From the IMG/VR virus record IMGVR_UViG_3300046506_000279: a stretch of DNA of 64,000 nt. The stretch is one strand, 5' to 3'. The translations under genes were made by a program, and so were the position numbers. Source of the stretch: a virus (Duplodnaviria; Heunggongvirae; Uroviricota; Caudoviricetes). Of the stretch, positions 41,862 through 50,312 are shown one piece after another. Each line of letters begins with the position of its first letter. Positions within the stretch are counted from its first letter, which is position 1. Under the pieces are notes generated by a model, which did no database searches, was not told the origin of the DNA, and was given only the letters and a program-made list of their open reading frames with translations.

Positions 41862-42389
41862 TTAGGCCGTTAGGCGCAACAGGTGATAGCGATTGCGGCG
41901 GCCGATTCGCTCCACGTCGATCACGCCAGCCTTGGCAAGCGCGCGGATTGAGCGTTTGATCTGCGCGCGCGAAATCCCGGTCCGTTCCATGATGGATGGC
42001 ATGGTTATGTTGACACTGCTCTTATTTTTATCGACGTGAATGCGCAGCGCGCAGTACACGGCAAAGGCCGTCGGCCCGATCTTGGCAATCAAGCCGCTGG
42101 CCACCAGACTACCCAGTTCCGGCTCGAGTGCAGTTGTTTCCAGCCGTGCCCGTAACACGCGCGCGTTATGTACCTGATTCCACTGCGGCCCCTCGGCCAT
42201 GATTGCGTCGCGCTCAGCCACCAGGGCTAGATCGCGGTTCGGGTGATACTCGACGGTGATGCGCGCGATTTCCCCGCTCCACGCCGCGTCGCGCATGTGG
42301 GTTTCTAGCCGCGTGGCCGCCTTTAACGAAATGCCGACGTACAGTAAGGTGCCTTCTTGATCGAAGTGTCGATACAACGCGGTCTTCAT
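41862..42389 (-). CDS. GIY-YIG/T5orf172-like N-domain plus winged-helix C-domain protein
   Basis: MKTALYRHFDQEGTLLYVGISLKAATRLETH... then C-terminal ITMPSIMERTGISRAQIKRSIRALAKAGVIDV. 175 aa. Confidence 0.4.
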   Translation of the reverse strand: MKTALYRHFDQEGTLLYVGISLKAATRLETHMRDAAWSGEIARITVEYHPNRDLALVAERDAIMAEGPQWNQVHNARVLRARLETTALEPELGSLVASGLIAKIGPTAFAVYCALRIHVDKNKSSVNITMPSIMERTGISRAQIKRSIRALAKAGVIDVERIGRRNRYHLLRLTA

Positions 42390-42598
42390 CGTTCCCGACG
42401 CTCCCAAGTTTCGTACTTCACGCGATGGCTTACACCCAAATGCGCCATCATGACGCGCCATTGCGGCACCTCTTTGCGCTACACCTTGGTTTCGTACTTG
42501 CGGCACCAGATTGCGTAGTCATTGCGCAATCTGGTGCCGGCTTGTGGAAACGGATTGCGCCTTGCCTCCCTCGATCGGTGTGCCTCGCACACCTTTCC

Positions 42599-43183
42599 TC
42601 AGAACTGCCCCGCCACTTCCTCGGCGCGGGCGTCGGCGATGATCTGCTTGACCGTCTGGCGCAATTCGGGGTCGTCCAGTGCGGCCGCCAGGTTGAAGTT
42701 GGTCTGGTGGTGGCCGTGGTTGATGTTCAGCACCAGGCGCTCGATGTGGACGGTCTGGGCCGCGCCCAGGTTGCCCGTTACCAGCACGTTTTTCAGGTCG
42801 TTCACCGCGTCGCGCACCATTTGCGGCAGGTAGTCCCAGCTGGCCAGTGCCTGCGGCTGGCCCTGTTCGTCATGGATCGCGATCTGCTCGCGCAGGGTGT
42901 AGACGTTGTGGCGGCCGCGGCGGGCAATCGTGATGTAGCCCATCTGCTGCAGCACTTTCAGCGAATCGAGTACCTTGCTTTTCGAAATTCCCGCCTTGCG
43001 CACGATCTGGTCCACGCCGGGGAACGCGCTGCCGGTGGCGTAATTGGTGTGCGACTTGATCACGTTATAGGTCACATACGCGTATGGCCCCATCCTGGCC
43101 ATGTCGCCGTCCTCGATCATCGCGTTAAACACATGGAACCAGGTGGTCACGGCGCTCAGCATTGTTTGTTGGGTGTCGGTCAT
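42599..43183 (-). CDS. winged-helix DNA-binding protein (replication initiator or repressor candidate)
   Basis: MTDTQQTMLSAV...MGPYAYVTYNVIKSHTNYATGSAFPGVDQIVRKAGISKSKVLDSLKVLQQMGYITIARRG. Iterons lie immediately upstream. Confidence 0.5.
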   Translation of the reverse strand: MTDTQQTMLSAVTTWFHVFNAMIEDGDMARMGPYAYVTYNVIKSHTNYATGSAFPGVDQIVRKAGISKSKVLDSLKVLQQMGYITIARRGRHNVYTLREQIAIHDEQGQPQALASWDYLPQMVRDAVNDLKNVLVTGNLGAAQTVHIERLVLNINHGHHQTNFNLAAALDDPELRQTVKQIIADARAEEVAGQF

Positions 43184-43247
43184 GCTACTGCTTTTGCTTG
43201 TGGAAAACCAGCGTTGTACCACGCCGCCACGCGTTCAGCATAGGGCG

Positions 43248-43334
43248 AATGGGTGTCTGTGGCACACCGGTGACGGTTGGATAGGTGTCTGTGGCACACC
43301 TGGGGAGGGCGCGAATAGGTGTTTGTGGCACACC
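43248..43334. repeat. three 21-bp iterons (R)ATAGGTGT(C/T)TGTGGCACACC
   Basis: Copies at 43248-43268, 43280-43300 and 43314-43334, with periods of 32 and 34 bp. Each contains GGTGT...ACACC inverted arms. They are upstream of the wHTH gene. Confidence 0.7.
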
Positions 43335-43638
43335 CTAACAAGAGTAAACCTTAGTTAACGAGCGAGCGCCATCGGCTGACGCGATGGCGCTGGAACGAGA
43401 ACGGCTACCGGCTACCGGATACGCTGTCGTGGGGCGCTACGCACTCCCGTTTGTTTCCGCACCGATTTGCTGCGCAAACCGGCACGGCTGCTTTTTTTGG
43501 GTGGCCATTTTTTTAAGACCACTGAAAAAAACAAGGCCCGGCCGGCAACAATCTAGCTGCGCGCGTCAATTGTGAGTTTTTGAGACAATTCAGCGCTGTG
43601 CTGTTTTTTCGTGCGTAAAATTTATTTCCCGGCCAGGC

Positions 43639-43666
43639 TTGCGCAATCGTAGGGCTTTGTTAGAAT
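43639..43666 (+). promoter_or_regulatory. promoter candidate for the plus-strand operon
   Basis: TTGCGC, a 16-nt spacer, then TAGAAT. About 35 nt upstream of the GAGGGG SD and GTG start at 43702. Confidence 0.4.
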
Positions 43667-43701
43667 CACGTTCGTGAGACAATAAAAACGAGGGGAACAC
43701 T

Positions 43702-43899
43702 GTGGCAGAAGGTCCGGGAAAATACGACGATTTCGTCACCCAGGTGCGCGAGCAGACGCTGGCCGATGCGGTGATCTTGATTGTACTCAATGGCAATCGC
43801 GGCAGCGGGTTTTCGATGCAGGCCGTCGGTGGCGTGCCGCCGGCCAAGGTGGCCGATCTGCTCGAGTCCACCGCCAGGCAAATTCGCGCCCACGGTTAA
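43702..43899 (+). CDS. hypothetical protein (65 aa)
   Basis: GTG start with GAGGGGAACACT SD. MAEGPGKYDDFVTQVREQTLADAVILIVLNGNRGSGFS... Confidence 0.5.
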   Translation: MAEGPGKYDDFVTQVREQTLADAVILIVLNGNRGSGFSMQAVGGVPPAKVADLLESTARQIRAHG

Positions 43900-43908
43900 A
43901 GGACGGCC

Positions 43909-44460
43909 ATGGAATTTCCGTTTGAACTGGTGTTTGATTATTTTGCCAAACCGCTCGATGGCAAGGTGGTGCCCGAGCATGGCTGGCCACCCGCGCTGTA
44001 CCTAGTGTTTCTCGCAGGCGGCGCGGTGGACCATGTCGAGCCGCTGCCCGTGGCGCACTTGTTCGGCTCCAACCAGGGCAAGGCGCAGCTGGGCGCGGGC
44101 ATCCGCCGGGTTCTGGCAGATTTGCCGGCCACGGCCTGCCTGGTGCTGACCAGCGAGGCGTGGCAAAAGACCGTGCAGGTGGTGCCGGGGGCGCCGCCGC
44201 GCGACCGCACGCACAGCCTGGAAGGCGATCCCGAGGCGCAGGACATCCTGACTTTCCAGCTCTACCATCATACTGGCCAGCAGACCGGGGCGCTGCCGAT
44301 CGGCCCCGGGCGGGTGGTGGCATACCGGCCGCTGGATATGAATCTCACCAGCGCCGGCGGGCGCCTCAGTTTGCGGCCGGATGCCAATCCCGAGCAGGAA
44401 GTGCAGGACGCCCAGTCCATGGCCGCTGCCGCCGTCAAGCGCGCGGCCGGTAAAGTTTAA
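43909..44460 (+). CDS. hypothetical protein (183 aa)
   Basis: MEFPFELVFDYFAKPLDGKVVPEHGWPPALYLVFLAGGAVDHVEPLP... with AGGA SD. Confidence 0.5.
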   Translation: MEFPFELVFDYFAKPLDGKVVPEHGWPPALYLVFLAGGAVDHVEPLPVAHLFGSNQGKAQLGAGIRRVLADLPATACLVLTSEAWQKTVQVVPGAPPRDRTHSLEGDPEAQDILTFQLYHHTGQQTGALPIGPGRVVAYRPLDMNLTSAGGRLSLRPDANPEQEVQDAQSMAAAAVKRAAGKV

Positions 44461-44484
44461 CCACCCACACAAGGAACACAGTAC

Positions 44485-44889
44485 ATGGCGACCAATCAGG
44501 AACGCAGGGCGGCAATTGAAACCGCGCGGGCGCAATTGAAACTCGATCTGGCGGCGCTGGAAAAGAAATACCGCGAGGACAGCGGCGCGCTGGAAAAGCA
44601 TTGCCGGCAGCAGATCGCCACGCTCGAGCGCGAGATCAAGGATGCCGAGGCCGAGGAAGTGCGCGCGGCGCGGCTGGAAATCCAGCGCATCCTGGTGGCG
44701 GCCGGGCTGCGCGCCGACCAGGTGCTGGGCGCGCCGGCGATCAAGCAGCTGAAGGCGGCGCGCAAGCCGACGGCGCCGTCGACGGTGCTGCATACCGGCC
44801 CCGAAGGGCAAATCTGGCGCGGCCGCGGCCCGCAGCCGAAATGGTTCAAGCGCCAACAGCAGGGCGAGATCGGTGGCGGCCATGCTTGA
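44485..44889 (+). CDS. H-NS-family nucleoid-associated protein (xenogeneic-silencer-like)
   Basis: N-terminal coiled-coil and C-terminal GPEGQIWRGRGPQPKWFKRQ, matching the H-NS (T/Q)W(S/T)GRGR.P.W DNA-binding motif. AAGGAAC SD. Confidence 0.55.
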   Translation: MATNQERRAAIETARAQLKLDLAALEKKYREDSGALEKHCRQQIATLEREIKDAEAEEVRAARLEIQRILVAAGLRADQVLGAPAIKQLKAARKPTAPSTVLHTGPEGQIWRGRGPQPKWFKRQQQGEIGGGHA

Positions 44890-45160
44890 AGCGGTGCGGA
44901 TGCCGCCGGCCACCTGCCCGGCATGCCAGGCCACGCTGGACGCGGCCACCGACAGCGCCGGCGGCGACGCGGTGCCCAAGCCGGGCGACCTGACCATCTG
45001 CATCCACTGCACCGAGGTGCTGCAGTTCGATGCGGAGCGGGTGCCGGTGCAGGTGGCGCCCGCCACGCTGGCCGCGCTGGATGTGAAAACCCGGGTCCAA
45101 CTGATGCTGGGGGTGCAGACAGTACGGGAATTCCAGGCAGCGCGCCGCGACCAGCCATGA
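44882..45160 (+). CDS. Zn-ribbon protein (92 aa)
   Basis: MLEAVRMPPATCPACQATLDAATDSAGGDAVPKPGDLTICIHCTEVLQFD... Confidence 0.4.
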   Translation: MLEAVRMPPATCPACQATLDAATDSAGGDAVPKPGDLTICIHCTEVLQFDAERVPVQVAPATLAALDVKTRVQLMLGVQTVREFQAARRDQP

Positions 45161-45768
45161 CCGAACTCGACAAAATCCGCGCGCGCGAATACGACCCGGC
45201 CATGGAAGCGCATGCGCAGGCGGTGGCCGCGCAGATCAGCGCCAAGGTCGACCGCGCGCGCATCCATTTCTTCGGCACGGCCGCCGCCCACTTCCCCGGC
45301 CCGGCGCGCAAGGTCGCGCTGCTGCGCAGCATGGCGGGCGAGCTGGCGAATGCCGCGCGCCAGCTGGTGCCGTGTTCGCGCGGCTGTGCCAAGTGCTGCC
45401 ACATGGCCACCGCCTTGTCGGAAGACGAAGCCGCCGTCATTGCGGCCGCCACCGGGGCGCCGCTGGCCACGCCCACCGACTACCTGCACGGGGAGGCGGC
45501 GGTGGAACGCTTCAACGGCCAGCCCTGCCCGTTCCTGCAGGAAGGACTCTGTGGCATCTATGCCGAGCGGCCGCTGTCCTGCCGCATGCACCTGCACCTG
45601 GACCGCGACAGCACGCTGTGCCAGATCGTGCCCGGCGCAACGATCCGGGTGCCGCGCCTCGACACGATCGAGCTCGACCGGCATTACATGCAAGCCTTTG
45701 ATCCCGACCCGCGCCAGGTGCGGCTGGCCGACATCCGCGAATTCTTTCCGCAGGGGCTGGGCACATGA
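45157..45768 (+). CDS. YkgJ/UPF0153-type Fe/Zn-chelating CxxCxxCC-domain protein
   Basis: ...CSRGCAKCCHMATALSEDEA...GQPCPFLQEGLCGIYAERPLSCRMHLHL. ATGA overlap. Confidence 0.55.
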   Translation: MTELDKIRAREYDPAMEAHAQAVAAQISAKVDRARIHFFGTAAAHFPGPARKVALLRSMAGELANAARQLVPCSRGCAKCCHMATALSEDEAAVIAAATGAPLATPTDYLHGEAAVERFNGQPCPFLQEGLCGIYAERPLSCRMHLHLDRDSTLCQIVPGATIRVPRLDTIELDRHYMQAFDPDPRQVRLADIREFFPQGLGT

Positions 45769-45908
45769 GCTACGAACTGGTGGCCGGCGGGCGCGCGATC
45801 CGCTGCCTGGTGTGCGGGCGCACCTCGTGGAATCTCAACGACGTGGCGCAGCTGTATTGCGGCTATTGCAAGCGCTTTCATGCCGCCATGGAAGGCGCGG
45901 TACCATGA
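45765..45908 (+). CDS. 47-aa Zn-finger peptide
   Basis: MSYELVAGGRAIRCLVCGRTSWNLNDVAQLYCGYCKRFHAAMEGAVP. It is not in the ORF track because it is under 60 aa. ATGA overlaps on both sides. Confidence 0.4.
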   Translation: MSYELVAGGRAIRCLVCGRTSWNLNDVAQLYCGYCKRFHAAMEGAVP

Positions 45909-46243
45909 TCTGCCTGGTCCGGCGCTGGCGCCTGCTGCGGCGGGCGCGCCGGCTGCACGCGCGGGCCAGGGTGGCCCACGCGGCCCGCCACTACCCGCAG
46001 GCCGATGCCTTGCTGGAGCAGGTCGAGCAGCTGTTGCTCGCAGCGCAGGCGCTGCGCCCGCAAGGCTGGTCGCGGCTGGGCATGGGTCCGGCCGGCTGGT
46101 GCCGCTTCCAGTTCCTAGTCGGCGTGGCCAATGCGTACCAGATGATTGATCTTGTGGGCCGGCAGGAATGGGCGCTGGCCGGTTTCAGCCTGCTGGTGAT
46201 GGTGGTGGTCAGCCAGTGGAAAATCCCTACAACGAAAGCATGA
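45905..46243 (+). CDS. hypothetical protein with C-terminal TM (112 aa)
   Basis: MICLVRRWRLLRRARRLHARARVAHAARHYPQADALLEQ...LAGFSLLVMVVVSQW. Confidence 0.4.
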   Translation: MICLVRRWRLLRRARRLHARARVAHAARHYPQADALLEQVEQLLLAAQALRPQGWSRLGMGPAGWCRFQFLVGVANAYQMIDLVGRQEWALAGFSLLVMVVVSQWKIPTTKA

Positions 46244-46596
46244 CGATGGCAATGAATCAAACCCTGGTGGCGGCGCTGAACAAGCTGGGCAAGTGGCGCG
46301 CCGTGTTCGCGGGCTGGCAGCTGGGCACCCGCACCGCCGACGATCCCGAATGCAAGGCCGTGCGCCATCACCGCGAGGCCACGATCTACCTGCGCGCCGA
46401 GGCCAGTGCGCTGCTGCAGCTGCTGCTGGAGAAAAAGCTGATCACTCTGGCCGAGTGGGAAGCCGAGCTCGAACGCCAGGCCGACCTGCTCGACCAGGAT
46501 TACCAGAAGGCCTTTCCCGGCTTTCGCGCCACCGCCAGCGGCATGAGCATGAATCCGGCGCTGGCCAAGGACACCATGGCCGGGTGGCGCCCGTGA
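46240..46596 (+). CDS. hypothetical protein (118 aa)
   Basis: MTMAMNQTLVAALNKLGKWRAVFAGWQLGTRTADDPECKAVRHHREATIYLRAEAS... Confidence 0.45.
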   Translation: MTMAMNQTLVAALNKLGKWRAVFAGWQLGTRTADDPECKAVRHHREATIYLRAEASALLQLLLEKKLITLAEWEAELERQADLLDQDYQKAFPGFRATASGMSMNPALAKDTMAGWRP

Positions 46597-46943
46597 GCGG
46601 CGCTTTTATCACGACCGGCAATCCCCGGCTGGCGGCGATCGCCGCACTGGCGCAGGATCTGCTGGCGGTCATGATGGAAACTGGCGATGAGGCCAGTCTG
46701 AACTGGGAAGAAGCCTGCTTCGCGGCGGCGCTGGCGATGAAGGCGCGCGCCGAAATGGCGGCCAATCTGCAGGACCAGCAACCGGCCGCCGCGCTGGCGC
46801 AATTGCGCGAAGTGATCGAGTTGGCGCTGCGCCAGGAAGTCAAGGCGCGCCGCTTTGCCAACCTGGAAGAAGCCGAGGCGTGGGCGGCGTCCGAGGGGGC
46901 CAGGCTGGAGCCGGTGCCGCGCGCCAAGGGCAGCCTCAATTGA
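46593..46943 (+). CDS. hypothetical protein (116 aa)
   Basis: GTG start (GTGA overlap). VSGAFITTGNPRLAAIAALAQDLLAVMMETGDEASLNWEEA... Confidence 0.4.
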   Translation: MSGAFITTGNPRLAAIAALAQDLLAVMMETGDEASLNWEEACFAAALAMKARAEMAANLQDQQPAAALAQLREVIELALRQEVKARRFANLEEAEAWAASEGARLEPVPRAKGSLN

Positions 46944-46966
46944 ACGCGCCCGACAACGTGCTGCGC

Positions 46967-47176
46967 ATGTGGACGGTGTACGCGCGCCCGGCCGATTACC
47001 CGCTCGGCTTCATCGCGCGCCTGTTCGAGGTCGACGGCAGCGGCGGCGTGCGCGCCACCCACCAGGCTGTCACCGGGGCCACCCTGGAGGCGGTGCGGGC
47101 GCGATTGCCGGGCGGCCTGCACCGCCTGGCGCGCAACCCGCAGGACCATTTTACCGTGGTGGAGAGCTGGCTGTGA
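46967..47176 (+). CDS. hypothetical protein (about 69 aa)
   Basis: MWTVYARPADYPLGFIARLFEVDGSGGVRATHQAVTGATLEAVRARL... An alternative TTG start at 46940 overlaps the upstream stop. Confidence 0.35.
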   Translation: MWTVYARPADYPLGFIARLFEVDGSGGVRATHQAVTGATLEAVRARLPGGLHRLARNPQDHFTVVESWL

Positions 47177-47394
47177 TGGATGAACAAGCAATCGAAGGCG
47201 CGCTGGACGTCAAGGATATGGCGCAGGCGCGGCGCCTGGTCACGCAACTGCGGGCACGCGTGGCCCATCTGGTGATCGAGCGCGCTACCCTGGCCCATGG
47301 GTACCGGATCGCCGGCGACAATTGCGTGCGGCTCGAGGACAAGGTGGCCGAGTTGCAGGCGGCACTGGCGCGCGCCAAGGGGGACGCGGCATGA
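47176..47394 (+). CDS. hypothetical protein (72 aa)
   Basis: MDEQAIEGALDVKDMAQARRLVTQLRARVAHLVIERATLAHGYRIAGDNCVRLEDK... Confidence 0.4.
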   Translation: MDEQAIEGALDVKDMAQARRLVTQLRARVAHLVIERATLAHGYRIAGDNCVRLEDKVAELQAALARAKGDAA

Positions 47395-47771
47395 GTTTTC
47401 AGGTGCCCAACCAGTACCGCGTGCGCAAGGGCTATGGCGGATCCGACGACAGCATCGGCAACAACGGCGCGTTCTTCGTGCCGCGCCGCGGGCACTCGCT
47501 GCCGCTCAAGGTGATCGCCTCCGACGGCGGGCTGCCGGGCGACCTGGCGTGGGAACACGTCAGCGTGTCGCTGCCCGACCGCTGCCCCAGCTGGCAGGAC
47601 ATGTGCTTCATCAAATCGTTGTTCTGGAATGATCCAGAAGACGTGGTTGTCCAGTATCACCCGGCAAAGTCGGCCTACGTCAATGCGCATGAATTCTGTT
47701 TGCATCTGTGGCGCCCGGTCGGCATCGAACTGCCGTGCCCGCCGTCGATCATGGTCGGGGATCTGGCGTGA
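47391..47771 (+). CDS. hypothetical phage protein (127 aa)
   Basis: MSFQVPNQYRVRKGYGGSDDSIGNNGAFFVPRRGHSLPLKVIASDGG... ATGA overlap. Confidence 0.45.
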   Translation: MSFQVPNQYRVRKGYGGSDDSIGNNGAFFVPRRGHSLPLKVIASDGGLPGDLAWEHVSVSLPDRCPSWQDMCFIKSLFWNDPEDVVVQYHPAKSAYVNAHEFCLHLWRPVGIELPCPPSIMVGDLA

Positions 47772-47995
47772 ACCAGGGGCGTGACCTGGATTATTTCTTT
47801 GCCCGCATCAAGCGCGGCGCGATGACGCATGACGATGCGGCCGACATGTTCATGCAAAGCGCCATCGGGCAGTCGACCGGGGTCGGGCGCGCCGAGATTC
47901 TGGCCAAGCTGCATACCCATTTTCCGGGGCGCGCGGCGCTGGCCAGCTATCTGCGCAATCTGCTCGACCATTTTTCCGTCGTGCTGCGCGCATGA
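47768..47995 (+). CDS. hypothetical protein (75 aa)
   Basis: GTG start (GTGA overlap). VNQGRDLDYFFARIKRGAMTHDDAADMFMQSAIGQSTG... Confidence 0.35.
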   Translation: MNQGRDLDYFFARIKRGAMTHDDAADMFMQSAIGQSTGVGRAEILAKLHTHFPGRAALASYLRNLLDHFSVVLRA

Positions 47996-48228
47996 GTCGT
48001 TCGTATACAGTGCGCTCGCTGCGCGGCTGCAAGGTGATCGAGGGGGCGCTGCCGGTGGTGGAGTTTGTCGCGCTGGTCAACGTGTGGGGTGCGGATCAGG
48101 ATCCGGCCGACGCCTGGATCGTCGATGCGCTGCTGGCGCAGTACCTGGACGCGAATTTCGTGCTGGGGCCGGCGTCAAAGTGCGCGGCCTGGCGCGCGGA
48201 ACTGGGGCTGACGGCGGGTGGCGCATGA
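47992..48228 (+). CDS. hypothetical protein (78 aa)
   Basis: MSRSYTVRSLRGCKVIEGALPVVEFVALVNVWGADQDPADAWIVDALLAQY... ATGA overlap. Confidence 0.4.
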   Translation: MSRSYTVRSLRGCKVIEGALPVVEFVALVNVWGADQDPADAWIVDALLAQYLDANFVLGPASKCAAWRAELGLTAGGA

Positions 48229-48425
48229 TGCACGGCACGGTCTACCAGCTGCTGAATAGCCAGTCCGGCCTGCTGTGCCACGGCTGCAACAAGGTCACGG
48301 TGCTGGCACCCGGCGCCGCGCTATGCTGCCGCCATTGCGGCCAGCTGTTGACGCCCGATCCCGACTACCACCCGGCCCAGTTCCCGCCACGGCGGCCACC
48401 AGCAAAGCGGGCCGCCAATGAATGA
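48225..48425 (+). CDS. Zn-ribbon protein (66 aa)
   Basis: MMHGTVYQLLNSQSGLLCHGCNKVTVLAPGAALCCRHCGQLLTPDPDYHP... Confidence 0.4.
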   Translation: MMHGTVYQLLNSQSGLLCHGCNKVTVLAPGAALCCRHCGQLLTPDPDYHPAQFPPRRPPAKRAANE

Positions 48426-48669
48426 GGCCGTTGCCAGCTGCACCTGGTGCGGTGAACCGATTACCGCCGTCGAACGGCTCAGTGCGTTCGCCAATAGCAT
48501 CGGCCAGGTCACACATTACGAATGCTCGCTGCGCAGCGTGATCGGCTCGGTCGGGCACCAGCAGAAATTGTGTTCGTGCTACGGCGGCGATCAGGAAGAC
48601 CCGCCCGGCATGACGCGGCGCGAGGCGGCCAAGGCAGCGGCGCTGTATTTCCGGCCCATCGGCGGCTAA
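48418..48669 (+). CDS. Cys-rich small protein (83 aa)
   Basis: MNEAVASCTWCGEPITAVERLSAFANSIGQVTHYECSLRSVIGSVGHQQKLCSCYGG... It is the last gene of the plus-strand operon. Confidence 0.45.
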   Translation: MNEAVASCTWCGEPITAVERLSAFANSIGQVTHYECSLRSVIGSVGHQQKLCSCYGGDQEDPPGMTRREAAKAAALYFRPIGG

Positions 48670-48851
48670 TTGCGCCTGGGGTAGCCTGCGGCGGTGATGC
48701 GCCGCCAGGTGGCGTCCTTCTCGGCCGGGGTCATCGTCACCCAGTGCGCCACCTCGGCCACGGTGCGGCCGCAGCCGCGGCAGACCTCGTCAAAGGTGGT
48801 CGAGCACACCGCCACGCACGGGGTGTCGGGGCGCGTGGCGGGGCTGGCCAT
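48666..48851 (-). CDS. DUF1289-type (YdhL-like) Fe-S/Zn small protein (61 aa)
   Basis: MASPATRPDTPCVAVCSTTFDEVCRGCGRTVAEVAHWVTMTPAEKDATWRR. It has the CxxxCxxxxxxxCxGCxRT pattern and lies 1 nt after the SSB stop. Confidence 0.55.
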   Translation of the reverse strand: MASPATRPDTPCVAVCSTTFDEVCRGCGRTVAEVAHWVTMTPAEKDATWRRITAAGYPRRN

Positions 48852-48852
48852 G

Positions 48853-49440
48853 CTACACCGAGTGGCAGGCGGCGCCCTTGCCCAGCGGCGCGAACGGGAT
48901 ATCGTCGTCCATGTCGGAAAAACCGCCACCGCCGGCCGGGCGCGGTACTTGGCGCGCGGCGGGGGCCGCTGGTCCCGTTGTTGATTGGCGTGCCGGCGGT
49001 GCCTGGCGTTGGCCGGCACCGGGTGCCTGGCGCGCTGGCGCCTGGCGGGCCGGCGCAGCATCGTAGTGGCCGGCATCGTCCATGTGGGCGCTGCCGCCGC
49101 TGGCCGGGGCGCCGCCCAGCATCTGCATGTGCTCGGCGATGATGTCGGTCGCGTAGCGCTCGACGCCGTCCTTGTCGGTGTACTTGCGGGTCTGCAGGCG
49201 GCCTTCGACGTAGACGCTGCTGCCCTTCTTCAGGTACTGGCCGACGATCTCGGCCAGGCGGCCGAAAAAGCTGATGCGGTGCCACTCGGTCAGTTCTTTT
49301 TTCTCGCCGGTCTGCTTGTTATTGCTGACGTAGGTGGTGGCCACGCTGATGTTGGCGATGGCGTCGCCGCTGGGCATGTAGCGCAGTTCGGGGTCGCGGC
49401 CGAGGTTGCCAACGATGATGACCTTGTTTACGGATGGCAT
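48853..49440 (-). CDS. ssb: single-stranded DNA-binding protein
   Basis: [42 protein letters not shown]...[14 protein letters not shown]... This is an OB-fold SSB signature, with a Gly/Pro-rich linker and an acidic DMDDDIPF tail. Confidence 0.9.
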   Translation of the reverse strand: MPSVNKVIIVGNLGRDPELRYMPSGDAIANISVATTYVSNNKQTGEKKELTEWHRISFFGRLAEIVGQYLKKGSSVYVEGRLQTRKYTDKDGVERYATDIIAEHMQMLGGAPASGGSAHMDDAGHYDAAPARQAPARQAPGAGQRQAPPARQSTTGPAAPAARQVPRPAGGGGFSDMDDDIPFAPLGKGAACHSV

Positions 49441-49461
49441 GCTGTGCTCCTGTCTTCTCTG

Positions 49462-49758
49462 TCAGTGCCCCGGTGCCGCCGGGTCGGATTCCTGTTGTGC
49501 TGCTGGTTTTAGCTTGTCGATCGCTTTCAGGCATTTCGGGCACGTTACCGCTAGGTCGGGCCGGTTGGCCCATCCTGCGCTACGGGCGCCGTGCGTTTTG
49601 TCGCACAGCGAACGCGCATAGAAGTTGATGCCAGACTTCACTTCACGCTCACCGCACATGACCCCATGCACCACCTGGCCCTGCCCGCGCTCGTATCCGT
49701 TCGCGCAGCGCCCGGCAAGGGTGGCCGGCATTAGGGTTTGGGTAGTCTCCGTGGTCAT
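49462..49758 (-). CDS. hypothetical Cys-containing protein (98 aa)
   Basis: MTTETTQTLMPATLAGRCANGYERGQGQVVHGVMCGEREVK...AVTCPKCLKAIDK. Confidence 0.4.
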   Translation of the reverse strand: MTTETTQTLMPATLAGRCANGYERGQGQVVHGVMCGEREVKSGINFYARSLCDKTHGARSAGWANRPDLAVTCPKCLKAIDKLKPAAQQESDPAAPGH

Positions 49759-49785
49759 GTTGCGATCCTGTACCAGTGGGGTTCA

Positions 49786-50097
49786 CTACGTGCTTGCTAC
49801 TGACTTCATTATAGGTCGTTTCGACCGCTTTCCTTTGGCCGGCCGCAAGCGTCTGGCGGCTTTCGCCAGGCCGGCCGCCTGCAGCAGCAGGCGCCAGGCG
49901 GCGTACGGGGTCTGGGCGTGGGTCTTGGTGTCCGGGCTGGCCAGCCAGGCCCGCACCGCGCGCGCGCTCATGCCGACGATCTGGGCCGCTTCGCGTTCGG
50001 TCATGGTGAGCATGGCCAGCAGGGTGCGCAGGTCGGCGTGGGTGGGCGCGGCGTAGTCCGGGTCGTCGAACGGGCGCAGGGTTTCGGGGCGGATCAT
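49786..50097 (-). CDS. small HTH transcriptional regulator (103 aa)
   Basis: MIRPETLRPFDDPDYAAPTHADLRTLLAMLTMTEREAAQIVGMSARAVRAWLASPD... ATGA overlap with the upstream gene. Confidence 0.5.
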   Translation of the reverse strand: MIRPETLRPFDDPDYAAPTHADLRTLLAMLTMTEREAAQIVGMSARAVRAWLASPDTKTHAQTPYAAWRLLLQAAGLAKAARRLRPAKGKRSKRPIMKSVAST

Positions 50098-50312
50098 CGG
50101 CGGGCTTTGGCCTTGCGCGCGAGGTGCAGGCGGCGCTGCGCGGTGGCGCGGTTGTTGCGGCGCGCGGCGATGCCGATCGGGGTGTTGTTCTCGCTGACAA
50201 ACACAAAATCGTGCGTTAAGCCGCAATCGCAGCAGGCGAGGCGGTAGATTTGGCCGCTCGGCACCTCGAAGCCTTCGTTGTCAACGCGCTGGGTGTATCT
50301 GGCTTTCGGCAT
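50094..50312 (-). CDS. small Zn-finger protein (72 aa)
   Basis: MPKARYTQRVDNEGFEVPSGQIYRLACCDCGLTHDFVFVSENN... with GGAGAC SD. Confidence 0.5.
   Translation of the reverse strand: MPKARYTQRVDNEGFEVPSGQIYRLACCDCGLTHDFVFVSENNTPIGIAARRNNRATAQRRLHLARKAKARR

Noticed and set aside
43384-43575. ORF 43384..43575(+), 63 aa
   Set aside because: It lies in an intergenic region rich in hairpins and homopolymer runs, has no SD and gives an implausible peptide. It is more likely regulatory or non-coding.
44002-45693. ORF 44002..45693(-), 563 aa
   Set aside because: Antisense to six coupled plus-strand genes. Arg-rich.
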